From the NCBI RefSeq assembly GCF_009914755.1, contig NC_060936.1: DNA of 64,000 nt; one strand, given 5' to 3'. The DNA is from the human T2T-CHM13v2.0 reference genome, Homo sapiens. Of this stretch, positions 31,877 to 48,486 are shown in pieces; positions within the stretch are counted from its first letter, which is position 1, and each line of letters starts with the position of its first letter. The notes beneath the pieces were generated by a model. The model made no database searches and was not told the origin of the DNA. It saw only the letters and a list, made by a program, of their open reading frames with translations. Both the position numbers and the translations under genes were made by a program.

Positions 31877-33784
31877 GAAACAACAGATGCTGGTAAGGCT
31901 GTGGAGAAATCGGAACAATTTTACATTGTTGGTAAGAGTGTAAATTAGTTCAACCATTGTGGAAGACAGTGTAAGACAGTGTGGCGATTCCTCAAGGATC
32001 CAGAACCAGAAATAGCATTTGACCCAGCAATCCCATTCCTGGGTATATACCCAAAGGATGATAAATCATTCTACTATAAAGACACATGCACACATATGTT
32101 TACTGCACCACTACTTAACAATAGCAAAGACTTGGAACCAACCCAAATGCCCATCAATGATAGACTGGATAAAGAAAATGTGGCACGTATGCGCAATGGA
32201 ATACTATGCAGCCATAAAAAATGAGATCATGTCCTTACACGTTATACAAAAATTAATTCAAGATGGATTAAAGACTTACATGTTAGACATAAAACCATAA
32301 AAACCCTAGAAGAAAACCTAGGCATTACCATTCAGGACAGAGGCATGGGCAAGGACTTCATGTCTAAAACACCAAAAGCAATGGCAACAAAAGCCAAAAT
32401 TGACAAATGGGATCGAATTAAACTAAAGAGCTTCTGCACAGCAAAAGAAACTACCATCAGAGTGAACGGGCAATCTACAAAATGGGAGAAAATTTTCGCA
32501 ACCTACTCATCTGACAAAGGGCTAATATCCAGAATCTACAATGAACTCAAACAAATTTACAAGAAAAAAACAAACAACCCCATCAAAAAGTGGGTGAAGG
32601 ATATGAACAGACACTTCTCAAAAGAAGACATTTATGCATCCAAAAGACACATTAAAAAATGCTCATCATCACTGGCCATCAGAGAAATGCAAATCAAAAC
32701 CACAATGAGATACCATCTCACACCAGTTAGAATGGCGATCATTAACAAGTCAGGAAACAACAGGTGCTGGAGAGGATGTGGAGAAATAGGAACACTTTTA
32801 CACTGTTGGTGGGACTGTAAACTAGTTCAACCATTGTGGAAGTCAGTGTGGCGATTCCTCAGGGATCTAGAACTAGAAATACCATTTGAGCCAGCCATCC
32901 CATTACTGGGTATATACCCAAAGGATTATAAATCATGCTGCTGTAAAGACACATGCACACTTATATTTATTGCGGCACTATTCACAATAGCAAAGACTTG
33001 GAACCAACCCAAATGTCCAACAACGATAGACTGGATTAAGAAAATGTGGCACATATACACCATGGAATACTATGCAGCCATAAAAAATGAAGAGTTCATG
33101 TCCTTTGTAGGGACATGGATGAAACTGGAAACCATCATTCTCAGCAAACTACCGCAAGGACAAAAAACCAAACACCACATGTTCTCACTCATAGGTGGGA
33201 ATTGAACAATGAGAACACATGGACACAGGAAGGGGAACATCACACTTCGGGGACTGTTGTGGGGTGGGGGGAGGGGAGAGGGATAGCATTGGGAGATATA
33301 CCTAATGCTAGATGGCGAGTTGGTGGGTGCAGCACACCAACATGGCACATGTATACATATGTAACAAGCCTGCACGTTGTGCACGTGTACCCTAAAACTT
33401 AAAGTATAATAATAATAAAATTTAAAAAAAATGAGATCATGTCCTTTGCAGGGACATGGATGAAGCTGGAAGCCATCATTATCAGCAAACTAACACAGGA
33501 AGAGAAAACCAAACACTGCATGTTCTCACTCATAAGTGGGAGTTGAACAATGAGAACACATGGACACAGGGAGGGGAACATCACACATTGGGGCCTGTCT
33601 GAGGGTAAGGGGCTAGGGGAGGGAGAGCATTAGGACAAATACCTAATGTATGCAGGGCTTAAAACCTGGATGATGGGTTAATAGGTACAGCAAACCACCA
33701 TGGCACATGTATACCTATGTAACAAACCTGCAGGTTCTGCACATGTATCACAGAACTTAAAGTAAAATAAAAAATTAAAAAAAA
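31877..33784 (+). mobile_element. Older L1PA 3' fragment (31877-32236 and 33426-33784) inserted in a MIR
   Basis: TSD gaaaattaa(g/a)gtgct at 31862-31876 and 33785-33799; MIR text on both sides. Confidence 0.85.
32237..33425 (+). mobile_element. Younger 5'-truncated L1PA3/4-like element nested in the older L1
   Basis: Open 286-aa ORF2 C-terminus 32345-33205; TSD aaaaaatgagatcatgtcctt at 32216-32236 and 33426-33446. Confidence 0.92.
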
Positions 33785-33869
33785 GAAAATTAAAGTGCTT
33801 AGAACAGTGTCTGGCATGTGGTGAGCACTCTGGAAGTGCTTGCTATTGTAGCATGTGGCGAACCGCACT

Positions 33870-34060
33870 CTGACTCTGCCATTTATTAGCAGTGTAATCT
33901 TGTGCAAATTACTTTACCTCTGTGAGCCTCAGTTTCCTCCTCTATAACATAGGAGTAACCTCACAGGACTTGTTGCAGAGATTAAATAAAATTGAATGGA
34001 TAATATGTGGGAAATTCTAAGCGCAGTGCTTGGACTGAATAAATGTCCAATAAATGCCAG
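33870..34060 (+). mobile_element. MIR
   Basis: ctctgtgagcctcagtttcctcctctataa core. Confidence 0.7.
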
Positions 34061-34439
34061 TTATTTTTATTTCTATTATTTTATTGTCACACTTCTCTTA
34101 TCAGGTCTAGACTTGCACCTCTTCAATCCAGTTCTTCCAATTCATTCCCCAATGGCAGCAAAAGTGGTCTTTTTAAAAAGTAAGCAGTCTCAAAATGAAT
34201 CTATAGTGACAGAAACACATCAGTGGTTGTCTGGAACCAGGGTGGAGAGGAGGGATGATTAACTGCAGACAGGTACAAGGGAACTTTCTAGGATGAGAAA
34301 AATGTTTTATATTTTGACTGGTGGTGGTTGTACAGGTGTAAACATGTGACAAGACTCATCAGATGGTACACTTAGATGGATGCATTTCTTTTTATGCAAA
34401 CTTTACCTCATTAATGTTGATTAGAAAAAAAGGTAAGCA

Positions 34440-34900
34440 GCCTCCCTGGTCATCTATTACATTGTTATATTTTCTCTTCTCCATGGCACTTATCAGTATA
34501 TAAAATTATTTCATTCACTTTTTATATGTCTATTGGCCAACCCCTCCCTCCGTTAGAATGTAAACTCTTTGAGGGCAAGGACTCTGTCTTATACCCCACT
34601 ATAACTCTAGAATCTGGAACCACATTTAGCACATAGTAGGAGCCTGATAAATTCTTCTTGACAGACTGACTAATGATTAAAGTCCATCAATGGTTCTACC
34701 TCCAAATTATATATTGACTTCATCTATTAGCATCATTTCTGCTAACACCATTTCAGCTTAGGGCACTATCATCTCTTGCCTGGATTATGCAATGGCCTCC
34801 TTTCTTCCACCATTGCTTCTTCATTTCAGTCTCCACAGAGCCCCCCAGTGATCTTTTAAAAATATAGATCAGATCACATTACTCCCCTACTTTAAAAATG
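34440..34900 (+). mobile_element. LINE-2 fragments
   Basis: agaatgtaaactctttgagggcaaggact...agcacatagtagg; atcatctcttgcctggattatgcaatggcctcct. Confidence 0.6.
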
Positions 34901-36699
34901 GAGATAAAAATGATTAAGAAGCTGAATAAATGAACAAGAAAAGGCAATTCAAAACTCCAGGAAAATACAAAAGTTATATAAGAAAGGTGATGGTTCTAAT
35001 ATGAAATCAACCAAAATGTAACTCTGGAGCATATATGAATCTCAGCTCATAAGTTCAAAAAATACCTCAGCTATTAATGATGAGGTGGAGAGATGGCCCT
35101 CAGACCAAAAAATTAAGTCTTCTATCTTCTAAAGGTTACCACTTTAGTGTCTGCTGTTCCAGTCTACATGCCCTTTATATCTAGCAAATTTCTACTACCT
35201 TCCTGCCATGGTGGGACACATGAGTCTCCTGTGAGGTCATCTGAAGTCGAATCTGCCTAAACATACAATGTAGCTGTGACTCTCTTGAGTCTTGTCACCT
35301 CCCCATGGTGTGCCCCCAAGGTGCTCTAGAAAGTGGGCCCTGGTCCCTCCTGTCCTGGGAACCCCAAACATCAACTTCTTATCTCATCAGAGTGAATCTC
35401 TTTGTCATAGGGGAAAGTCTCTTTTTCTCTGAGTCATTTGGTACACCCATAAGTCACATTCTGTTTTACTTCTTTCCCACAACTCTATAATTTTTCTAAA
35501 TATATCAGGGTTGGGGGAAACTAAAGCTGGAAAAAGTGCAGGAAATTTATGTGTTTTATCCCATCAAACATCTCACCCTAGGTAAAGAAGTACCAAATTG
35601 GCTATCTATTTGAATGGAAGAAGGGGAAATAAAAAAAAACAGGGAGGAATGAAAAAGTGTAAATTATTATCTCAAAATATTACCTAGCCAGTTTCCCCTT
35701 AGTAAATTTTTGTGTCTTCAGAAAATTTATTTTTGACCTTTGTTCAACCCTCTCAACAGCATAATGTCTGAGTTTTGCATTTTCCAAGGTAGTAGACATT
35801 GTGACTGATTTCCCAACATCCCATCTGTCCCGTGATTAATCTAAGCAATTCATGGCAATTTACCTCTTTGCCAGGGGTGGACAAGCCTAAACCAATTTGG
35901 GCCAATGAGATTCAAGGAGACACATGATGAGGGCTCTAAGAAAGAAACTTCTTCAATGTTGAATGCTGTGGAAAGGCAGGCTCTTTCTTCTTCTCTAAGT
36001 TGTGAATGAGGAAATGTAGAGTTCCCTTTGCCTGGCAGTCACACCACAGCAACAAAGGGTAAAGATAAAACTGTGGGCAGCGGAGCAAAGAAGTAGAAAG
36101 AGCCTACAGCCTCAATGCCATCATTCAGCCACTGGGCCCTGCCCTCACTCTTCATTGTCTAAGCCAGTGTGAGTTGGTTTTTCTGTTACTTGTTGAATGC
36201 ATTCTATCTGATTTAGAATTTGGTGCCAGGAATAGAAGTGCTGCAAACAACAAACTGTAGTGAGTTGCACAGTAGCTCCCTAAAGATATATCTATAAGCT
36301 AACCCCTGGAACCCGTGAGTGTTACCTTATTTGGAGTCTTTGCAGATGTACCTGGATTATATTTTATTATTTTCAGATGTTGAAGAGACCCAAATTAAAG
36401 ATATTTTAGTTAAAAAAATCACATTTGACCTTTATTACATGACCATTTATCAAGATAAAAAAAAAAGTCTCTTCCACAGAACTTCATATGACCCAGGAGT
36501 TTAAGTCTTTTTTTAAAAAAAATTAGTTCAATGACTTATTTGACAGTGTTACTAATTTGAGAAATTGATTTTCCTATAACTGAAAAATAATCCTGGTCTG
36601 GGAGTCTGAATGCCTCATTTCTATCCTTGTCTTAGTTACTAAACTGGGGGCTTGGGTAGGTCACTTCCCCCTCTGAGTGTTAAGTTACTTATTCTATGG

Positions 36700-36880
36700 A
36701 ATTATTGGTGGCTCCAAGTTGCTCGGGTGCATCAGAATCATATAGGTCCTTGTTATAAACACATATTTCTGGACCTTATCTCAGTCCTACTGAATCAGAT
36801 TTTCTAATATTGGCACAGGAGTCTGTATTTTTTAATTGACTGGGTGATACAAGGTACAGCCAAGCTTGTGAAGTATTGGA
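36700..36880. mobile_element. MER5-like hAT DNA transposon relic
   Basis: catcagaatca...cctactgaatcaga...ctgtattttttaa motif. Confidence 0.55.
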
Positions 36881-37031
36881 TGAAGACCTCCAGGGTCCTT
36901 CATAGCTCTAAAAATTTGTATTCTGATTTCTATTCCTTCTATCGCTGTTTGTCCTAACTCAGCTACTAGATATTGTGCTAAAACAAAGCAAAGCAAAACA
37001 CAAAATAAACAATAAAAAACCAAGACCATGA

Positions 37032-37037
37032 TTTAAT
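37032..37037 (-). terminator. Probable SDR9C7 polyadenylation signal ATTAAA with downstream U/GU-rich element (~36975-37020)
   Basis: ATTAAA on minus strand followed by TTTTTTATTGTTTATTTTGTGTTTTGCTTTG; gives ~0.7 kb 3'UTR. Confidence 0.65.
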
Positions 37038-37705
37038 CATCTTTATATTCCCCCAGCACCTACAAAGTGCCCGGTAGGTAGTAGGCACTCAATAAATATT
37101 TGAAAAATTAATGGTGATTAAATAAATGAATGTTATTTCATGTGGATCCCAATAACCTATAGATAGAAGAATCTAAAAAGAAAGAAAATATTTTAAACTT
37201 TTGTCTGATTTAATCTTGCACTCCCTATCTGCCCTACCGCATACTTCAGTAATGGGTTATGTGAATGAAGTTATGCATATTGAGGGACCCATTAGGAAGG
37301 TGGTTAGATTCTCCTGGAGGCAAGATTATCCCACAGTATTTCTCAGTGGCAGTGATAACTGAAAGGGGCTCATGATTCCACAGGAGCTGGTTTTCTTCTC
37401 CATGACTTTTCCAGGACCAGAAAAAGCTGTATCCTGATTGGGTGACAGACGTCCTTGGAGCTATTGCTGCAGATCGCTGAACCTGCAAAGACCACCTCAG
37501 GTTTCTGTGGGGTCCCAGAGGGTGGGAAGAGGCATTCACCTTCTGTTAGAAGTTACTGGTAAATTCGACAGCAGTGGGTGTCAGCTGAGCCAAGCTTCCT
37601 TTGCAGCCAATGCCCCCAGGATAACCGATACCACCTTTTGTGACCCCACGGTCCTTCCTTCCTCCCCCACTTCTAGGCTCCACTGACCCATTGATCCTCC
37701 CCAGT

Positions 37706-37963
<258 letters not shown>

Positions 37964-38106
37964 TCATAAAAGATGGCTTCTTCCGAATTCCATCCAAGTT
38001 CCCTTTCCATCAGATCCCTGATCTAACATTTCAGGCAGGTCCGCCACACCCTCCAGGTGGTCCCTTATACAAACACACATTTATAAGACTATTATAAATA
38101 ATCTTA

Positions 38107-38463
<357 letters not shown>

Positions 38464-38514
38464 TTAAACTTTTATTGTCTATAAAATGGAGATAATACTA
38501 TCTTTCCTAAAGTT

Positions 38515-38798
38515 TGGGCATAGTGGCTCAGGCCTGTAATCCCAGTACTTTGGGATGCCAAGCCAGGCCAATCACCTGAGGTCAGGAGTTTGAGACCAGC
38601 CTGGCCAACATGGTGACACCTTGTCTCTACTAAAAATACAAAAATTAGGTGAGCGTGGTGGCGCGTGCCTATAATCGCAGCTACTCAGGAGGCTGAGGCA
38701 TGACAATCACTTGAACTCAGGAGTGGGAGGTTGCAGTGACCCAAGATCGCGCCACTGCATTCCAGCCTGGGCAACAGAGTGAGACTCCATCTCAAAAA
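38515..38798 (+). mobile_element. AluS in SDR9C7 intron 3
   Basis: Dimeric Alu. Confidence 0.9.
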
Positions 38799-41700
38799 AT
38801 ATCTGTCCTGGAGAATAACAAAGATGATTAACAGCAGGGTAGACACTGGGGGAGTACAGAAGAGCAAACATGATGGGAAAACAGCCCTTTTTTTTTTCTT
38901 CTATGTACTTCCTAGAGTTCCCACATTTAAACAAAAACATGCAGGAGAAAATATTATTTAAAAATAGTAATACTGCCCCTACCTCAGTCATAAGGCCACT
39001 GTCACTCAAATAATCTAAGGCATAGACAAGCACCTCGTGGGGCCCTCACAAATGTGAGGAGTTGTTCTGTTTGCATTGACCCACAGGGGTGGAGATGGGG
39101 ACAGAGCACCCAAATAGTACAAGTCTGCCAAAGTTCATGACATAAATGGGAGAAGGGCCACACCACACACCCACCAGGCCCTCATCTGCATCCTCACCCC
39201 AGGACAGGGGGATTCATGCTTCATTGAGAGCCCTGAGGACTCCAGGGAAAATGATGCTTCAAAGTCAGACTGCCCTGATAAGGTATGAAAACTTGAAAAT
39301 GGAGAGGAAGCCAAAGCTGCCCTGACTTTGAGAATGGTCCAGGCAGGCAAGGAATTCACCCGCTTGGGGCCAGGACCCTTGTGGGTGGTTGGTGAGAATG
39401 GGGCAGCATCACTTCAGTCCCCTTCACCCCAGACTCCGAGAAACTCCATTTTCTGTTTCCTGGAAAGAAAACTGATGCAGGGGAAAAGCCAAACTATATT
39501 TTGGGATCTCAACAAGAGCCACACTAACTCAAAGCCAGACTGTCCATAAAGCAGTAATGTCTTAGGAAGCCACACCCTGACCTCTGACCGTAGAGCTGGC
39601 ACAGAGGCCACCAGCAGCAGGGCTGAGGGTCGAAGGAATCATTCAGGATGCCCAGGAGGCTCTCTCTGCCCCCTCGGCGCCAGGGAAAGCTTTGTGGGCT
39701 GAGGATGTGGAGCAAGCTGACATGGTGAGATGGGCTGGGGACTGGGTTCTGAGAGGTGGGGAGGGCTTGCACAGGCAGTGGGGTGGGAGAAGTTACCCCA
39801 GACATGGGGAATGGTATGAGGCACTTGCTTTCATTGTTTTCTCAAATAGATATTAGCTGCCATTCAGTGCTGGGCACCCTGCTAGGCATGGAGTAGGATG
39901 GGAGACGGAAGGACCCATCCAGCTTTGTCACTCTCCTTCACAGTGAGGAAGGACATAGGCTTTGGAGCTGGGCACCTGGGAAAATGTTTTTGTTATTGGG
40001 AGAATTAAGCAGGACAAAATCTATAAAGTATCAGGCCTGGTCCTAGGGGTTACAAGCCAGGGGCCTGTTTGGTCAGTCACAGCAACTGGCTGAGTTTGTA
40101 CCCAGCGATGCTCTAGGACTACTCCTAAATATCTCTTCTGTCTGTCACATAGCCACCCCCCACCACCAGAACCATCAGGACTTACAACTTCATGTCTTTA
40201 TCGTTCCTTCACTGGGTTTCTGCAGTAGTCCCCCAGGTGGACTTTTTATCCTTCCCACGGTGACACAAATCTGATCCTTCATTTCAGAGCCATTTACAAG
40301 GCTCTCTAATGCCTTTAGGATAAGAGCCATGCTCCCTACTATAGCAATCAAAGCATTTCATGATCTGACTCCTAATCTCTCCCCTCCTCAATCATCACCC
40401 ACAGCACTCCTGCCAGACTATAATGGCAATGGCAAAGGTTTGTTCAGCTCTTACTGTAGCAGAGCTGAGTACTTTGCATTTCTGTTTAATTCTCCTAACA
40501 ATCCATGAGAGAGGAATTGTACTTTATAAATGGATAAACAAGTTTGGAGAGCTATACAACATGATTAGAGGGACTGCTGGAATACAAGCCTGAATCTGCA
40601 CTGCCTCCAAAAGCATACAATGCTATGTCAGGTCACTAAAACGTTGCTCACACCCTTCCTCTTGTGTGAAACATCCGCCATCTCTTTCCCTTTTGGTGTA
40701 CTCCTATTCATCCTTCAAAACTCACTAAGGCATTAACTGTCACCTCTGTAAGGCTTCTGTGACAGCAGAATGAAGTCTGCATTGCTGCTTTGTTTTGTAT
40801 GCATGTCCATTATAGCAAGATTCTTCATGTGGTGGTGTATTTGCTTTCACATCTTCCCTGCTAGTTTCCTGGAGAGTGTCTCATCTCTGAATCCCAATAA
40901 ACACTGGGCAACTGAAGCAAAAATTCTAGTATAACCACTTGGGAAAACGTTTATCTAAATGTAGTTGACCACTGCCTGAAAATTTTCCTCTGAAATTATG
41001 GTGTGGACTACAGGTGAATTGGCCTAAGATATTTTATAAACCCAATCCTTACTATTCTTTAGTACAATACTAGCTTTTGGACAAGGTTTTCGGAGGAGTT
41101 TGCCTTTATACATATTCTTTCATGGACCACACTAAAGATGCTACAAGCTCTCTTCACCCTGAGTGCTTACTTAGAAAATGACTTTGTGAGGTTTCCAGAC
41201 ACTGGCTGAACCCATTTCACCCCAGCCTCCAAGCAGCTCCACAAATAATTTGAACTACTCTTTGCTAAGAATGATCACACAGAGGATAAATATTCTTCCC
41301 CACACATGCTAACATCTTCTCTCCTTGTTCCCAACAGCTGCAGATTTCCCTCTGGGGACCTATGCCTCCCCCACACTGTGTCCATTGGTCTGGGCAGAGC
41401 ACACAGCCCAGCCTGAGCCAATCACACCTTCACATTCCCCTGGGCGCAGTGATTGGTTTAGGGTTGGGTGCATCTTGTGGTCCCCCATGACGCGGTCACC
41501 ATAAGGTCCTCCAAGTCGGAGTGTACATTAGGACTTTTGGGAGAGGTACTGGAAATAACTCTCCTATTTTCCCAGCAGACCTCACCCTAGGTGGAGGTGA
41601 AGAGAGGCTGCAGCAATGTGGCTCCCACAGGGGAGAGAGCTTAGAGACTGGAGTCAGTGCAAAAGAAGCAGAGCCAAGAAATGGGTGGAACCAGGTCCTA

Positions 41701-42769
41701 GCAACATCATTTGCAGTCTGGGTCAGGTTGTACCTGAAGCTTATCTTGCTCAACTTTTTAGTCAGGTGAGGCAAGAAATTCCTTTTCTGCTTAAATAATT
41801 TGCATTGGATCTTCTGTCACTGAGTAAGTCCCAACTAGTGTAAATCCTTAGACATTTTCTTCTCACAGAATCCTAACATGTCTAGCACTAAAAGATGAAT
41901 TTATCTAAGGAGTACTCCAAACATTTTTCCCTGAGACTTCCCTAAATCAATGAATGAAGACACCTCCATTCACCATGTTCTTCAAGCTGTAAAGCTAACA
42001 CTCACCCTTGATAGCTTCCTCTCCCTCACCCCTTAATCCTCAGTGTGCTTTGATGCTCTAATTTATTCCGTATACCCCAGCTACCTCCCATTGCTTCCCA
42101 CCTGCTGGTTTCTTTAAAGTTCCTCAAATGGAGTTTTCTGCCTCAGAGCCTTCCTGCAGAAAAAAAGTCCCTACGCATCCCCTCTTTCCCCTTCCCAGCA
42201 ACACCTAACTCTTATTCCTCCTCAAAGTCAACTCAGAAGCTCTCCCCTTCACCATAGTCTGAATTGGGACCGCAACTTCCTGCTCCATTCTTCTTTCACA
42301 ACCCTGTTTCTCCTCTGTAGCACTTATCCACATCTACCATAAACACATGTGTTTTGATTTATGTTTGTCTCCCCTACTGGGCCATAAGCTACAGGCAGTG
42401 AAGGGCAGGCATACTGCTGTGTCCGCTCCAGCTCTCCAGCCCCACACAGGCTTGGGACATGGCAGCCTTGCATGCTTTGTATTACTGATTCAAAACAAAA
42501 ACAAAAAACAAAAATGCAATAAAGTGTGTATGTATTAAGTGAAAAAAATGGCTGACTTGGCTTTGTGCTCTGTTGACGTACGACATCCAGCAGACAACTT
42601 TCGTGGCAGAAAGTTTTGGGGCAGCAGGGTAAACAGCTGCCGTGTCCCACCTCTACCCTCCAAAAACACCTATGATTCACAGGAGACCCTCAGCTCAGGG
42701 AAAGAAAGAGAGTTGCCTAGAGACCCTCCCTTTTAAATCCCCATGTGCTCATTTTCTTCTTTATTAACA

Positions 42770-42985
42770 AGCACTCAGAATGTGCAAAGTACTTCACACA
42801 TACTAACCCTCATAACAACCCCATGAGGGAGGCACTATCTTTAGCTCCATTTTGTAAATAAGAAAACTGAGGCATGGGAAAACTAGGTAATAGGTCCAAA
42901 GTCTCCTAGCTGGTAAGTAGTAGAGCCAGGATTTGAACCCAGGCAGTCCGGCTCCAGCAGCCATGCCCTTGATCTCTTTGCTGTA
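42770..42985 (-). mobile_element. MIR
   Basis: ccattttgtaaataagaaaactgaggc...ggatttgaacccaggcagtc. Confidence 0.75.
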
Positions 42986-43233
42986 TTTATCTCAGTGCAT
43001 TTTCACCTGATTCCCCTGCATCATGATGCTGTGGGGGCAGGTGCCAGGAGTGGGCTGAATTGCCCTTAACTCCCCGGGCTGCTCCAGAAGTGATGATTCT
43101 GCCACTTGCTCTCTATTCTCAAACCCCAGCTGTGCCACTATGTGACCTTGGGTCCTGAACTCCTCTGCATTTTGTCTCACCATCTGTAAACGGAAAGCCA
43201 GCTAATGACCCCAAGACCCACTCGCCCCCCTCA

Positions 43234-43446
<213 letters not shown>

Positions 43447-44097
43447 TCAGTCTGGGCCCCAAGATGACAATCATCACGGAGAGTCACCTCTGGATGGGCT
43501 GGTCTTTCAGGAACCTAGAGATGCTTCTCTCACCCCTGTACTTGGCCCTGGCATTGCCTTTGTGCAAATAAGCCCTTCCTTAGGGACTCAGCCCTTTCCA
43601 AAACTGGCCCAGCAGTCTCTGGGCAATTTGCATTAGGCACAACCAGCGGGAAGAAGTCAATAGAGAATCTAGGCCAAAGCCTTGCCTCCCACCAGGTCCC
43701 TCCCATTAGCAACCCCTCACTCAACACCCACACGGTGAATGGTGTGGATATACACAAGGCCTGCACGCTCCTCTAAGGACCTCCCAGAGGGGACCTGTGC
43801 CTCCAGGCCTGTCTGTCTGTTTGGGGGACTCTCCCTCCTCTCACAGGCCCAAACAGGGTTTCACTCACCCTGGTGCCGCTCAAGGGAAGGCCCACCTGAT
43901 GCCTTGTATTTCCACCCTACCTCTTCTCCTCATCCCTGCTCTTGGTCCTTGGAGAAAGCACCTTGAGGTCTAACCTTCCTTCTGCTATTGTGTTAGCTTC
44001 CTGTCTGCGGAATTCCCCTGCCCACATGCTGTCACTCCCAACCCTCTCTAATCTCTGGGATTTTCACCCAGAATTGTTCAGTACCAGGGCCCAGTTA

Positions 44098-44481
<384 letters not shown>

Positions 44482-44822
44482 CTATAACATAAAAGGAAGG
44501 TGTGTCTTTTACTAACTCGTTTTCCCTGAAGGGACACTTTTTCCTGATTCACATAAAGTCTGCCGGCTAGCTGGCGCTCTGTACTAGCTACAATCGAGGT
44601 GTTAGGTGACAGCATTTCAGCTATCAGCTTTGGGATAAGAGTTTCATTTTCATACCAATGAATTAATGTTTAGATCCCTTCCCCATCATACTTCTCCCTC
44701 TCTATTCACTTAAGTATAACCAACTGCATTTCACATACTACCAAAATCAATCCATTCATTCATTCATCTTCACACATTTATTCATGCATTTATCTAGTCT
44801 GTGACAATTACAGGGTGAAGGA

Positions 44823-45165
44823 GGCCAGGTGCAGTGACTCACACTTGTAATCACAACCCTTTGAGAGGCTGAGGTGGGAGGATCACTTGAGGCCAGGAGT
44901 TTGAGACCAGCCTGAGCAACAGAGTAAGACCCCTGTCTCTACAAAAAAAGAAAAAAAATTAGTCAGGCGTGGTGGTATGTGCCTGTAGTTCTAGCTACTT
45001 GGGAGGCTGAGGTGGGAGAATCACTTGAGCCCGGGTTACAGGTTACCTTGTTCGAGGTTACAGTGAGCTATAATGGTGCCATTGCACTCCAGCCTGGGTG
45101 ACAGAGTGAGACTCTGTCTCTAAAAATAAAATGAAATAAAACGATATAAAATAAAATAAAGTAAA
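44823..45165 (+). mobile_element. AluJ in SDR9C7 intron 1
   Basis: Dimeric Alu with AAAAT tail. Confidence 0.9.
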
Positions 45166-45924
45166 ATACAGGGCAAAGGAGACATAAAATGAACAACACA
45201 GCATCTTATCCCTCAAGGAACTCACAAGCCTAGAAGGAAATAATAATATTTATAAATAAATATATAAAATATTTAAATAAAATAATTATGGAAAATGTGA
45301 TGAGGACTATCCTTGAGATATTTCAATTAGGTTGGTACAAATGGAAAGAAATAATGCTAAGTGTTGTCATTCAACTCTGCAGGGGCCCAGGGTTGAAGAG
45401 CTTCAGGTCCAGTCCTGGTTTTACCTCCAGCCTTGAACAAGTCACTTCCCTCTCTGGGCCTCAGGCTCTTCATCAGATTAGACTAAAACAGTTGTTTCCA
45501 GGCTGTATTTTGCAAGCCTTCTAGGGGGAGGAAAATGCAGGAGAAGCTCTCCTTTCATTTGTTTTACATATTGGGGTTCTACTGTAAACCCCTCTAAACA
45601 CTCCTCAAGGACCCCTTCCAGCTCCTTCATGCAAGGATTCCCCAAGTCCTACTGCCTGGTGATTCGCACCACAGCCCCAGCCTCAGCAGCCCCAAGATAC
45701 TCTGCAGGCGCATCCCACTGTCTCCTGAGGGCAGGTCTCAACACAAACATAAATCCTAGTCCACCCCTCCCTCTAGGGCTGGGGTCCCCACCCAAGCCAT
45801 GCCCCTACCCAGTCTCCCTGCCTTTCTCCATTCAGGAGCAATGAGAAAGCATGAAAGAACTTCCTCTCCCATCCCCCTACCCACCCCAGTTCCCAGTGTT
45901 TCTTAGACCAGGATATTGCCAAGT

Positions 45925-46455
45925 GGCTTAGGCAAAATAATGGTCCCCCAAAGATGTCCCCATCCTCATTATCTCTGGAACCTGTGAATCTGCTGGATTA
46001 CATGGGAAAGGGGAATTAAGGTTGCAGGTGGAATGGAGGTTGCTAATTAATTGTCCTTAAAGTTAGGGAGGAAGCTAACACAGGGAAATTATCCTGGATT
46101 AACCTGGTGAGCCCAATATAATCACAAGTCCTAAGTGGAAAGAGGCAGAAACCGGAGAATCAGAGAGCTTGAGAAAAGTGTGAAAAAGACTGGGCCCAAC
46201 CTTGCGGGCCTTGAAGATGGAGGTAGCAGGCCAGGAGCCAGGGGATGCCAGCTGCCTCTGGAAGCTGGAAAAGTCGATGAGACGGATTCTCCTCTACAGC
46301 CTCTAGAAGGAACACAGCTCTGCTGACTTTGATTTTAGATCAGTGAGGCCTATTTTAGACATTACTCCTCCACAACTACAAGATAATATGTTTGTATTGT
46401 CTTCAGACCCCACAGTTGTGTTATTTGTTACAATAGCAACAGGAAACTCACATGC
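45925..46455 (+). mobile_element. MLT1-type solo LTR
   Basis: ggcaaaataatggtcccccaaagatgtcc...gttacaatagcaacaggaaac. Confidence 0.75.
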
Positions 46456-46559
46456 TAAGTGAGGTATTAAGGCAAGTGGCTCAAGGCTGAATGTAGGGAA
46501 CTGGCTGAGACAGCCTGCTGAAGACAGAGGCTCACTCTTGCTGAATTATTAATTAATTA

Positions 46560-46760
46560 GCTCACTCAAATCTATTTATTCAGTACCTTACTAGGTGCCA
46601 GACATTATTCTAGGTACTAAGGATGTACAGTAAATAAAAGGGACAAAAATCCTTGTCCCCAGGAAGCTTTATTCTAGCAGAGGAAACAGACAATAAATAA
46701 GTAAAATCTATTGTACATTGACTAGTGATAAGTGCTAAGGAGAAGAATCAAGCAGGGAGT
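46560..46760 (-). mobile_element. LINE-2 3' end
   Basis: atttattcagtacc...gtgccagacattattctaggtactaaggat. Confidence 0.65.
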
Positions 46761-47191
46761 TACTGTCTAGATCCCCCTGGCTCCAGGGCTCTGTTGCCCT
46801 GACCTGCGCATGGGCTCCAGACTAGTTCCTTTAGGAGGGAGGACTTCCTCTAGTCTGCTGCTTCTGCAACTCAGCCATCCTGTTCCTCCTGTTCCTGGGC
46901 CCACACCCTGTGTGCTGGAAGTGCATGAGGCAGGTCCCCACACAGTCCTGGGCCAGCCCCAGTCCACAGCTTCCTTTCCCAATAGGAGCAGCCACTGTGA
47001 CATACATACTTGCCCTGAAGTCAAATCAACACCCACCATGATGTCAAGAAGAGACCAGATCTCTTTCTCCCCTGCCTGACATAGTCAAGGAGACAAACTG
47101 CACCCACTCATGGGATCCAGCCTCCTGTCTCATTCCCCCTCCCCCATCCTGATCCCAACAAGAAATGTGTTTGTATTTCCCCAGGAGCTGA

Positions 47192-47531
<340 letters not shown>

Positions 47532-47766
47532 AGGCACGTCCATTTTTAGAGGTTTGGACACACAGAACACATCTTCCCCCCTCGCTTCCTATTGAGACCT
47601 CTTTCCCGTTTCTCTGAGTTTCCAGGACAGAAAACTTCCTTGGGAAATCACCCCTTCATGTGAACAGGCCAAACCATGCAGTGGCTTCCAATCAGATTGA
47701 GGCAGGGGCCTTTCCCTACATCACCCCTCCCACCCAATCTGGACATCAGGGTCTCTGATACTGTCA

Positions 47767-48486
<720 letters not shown>

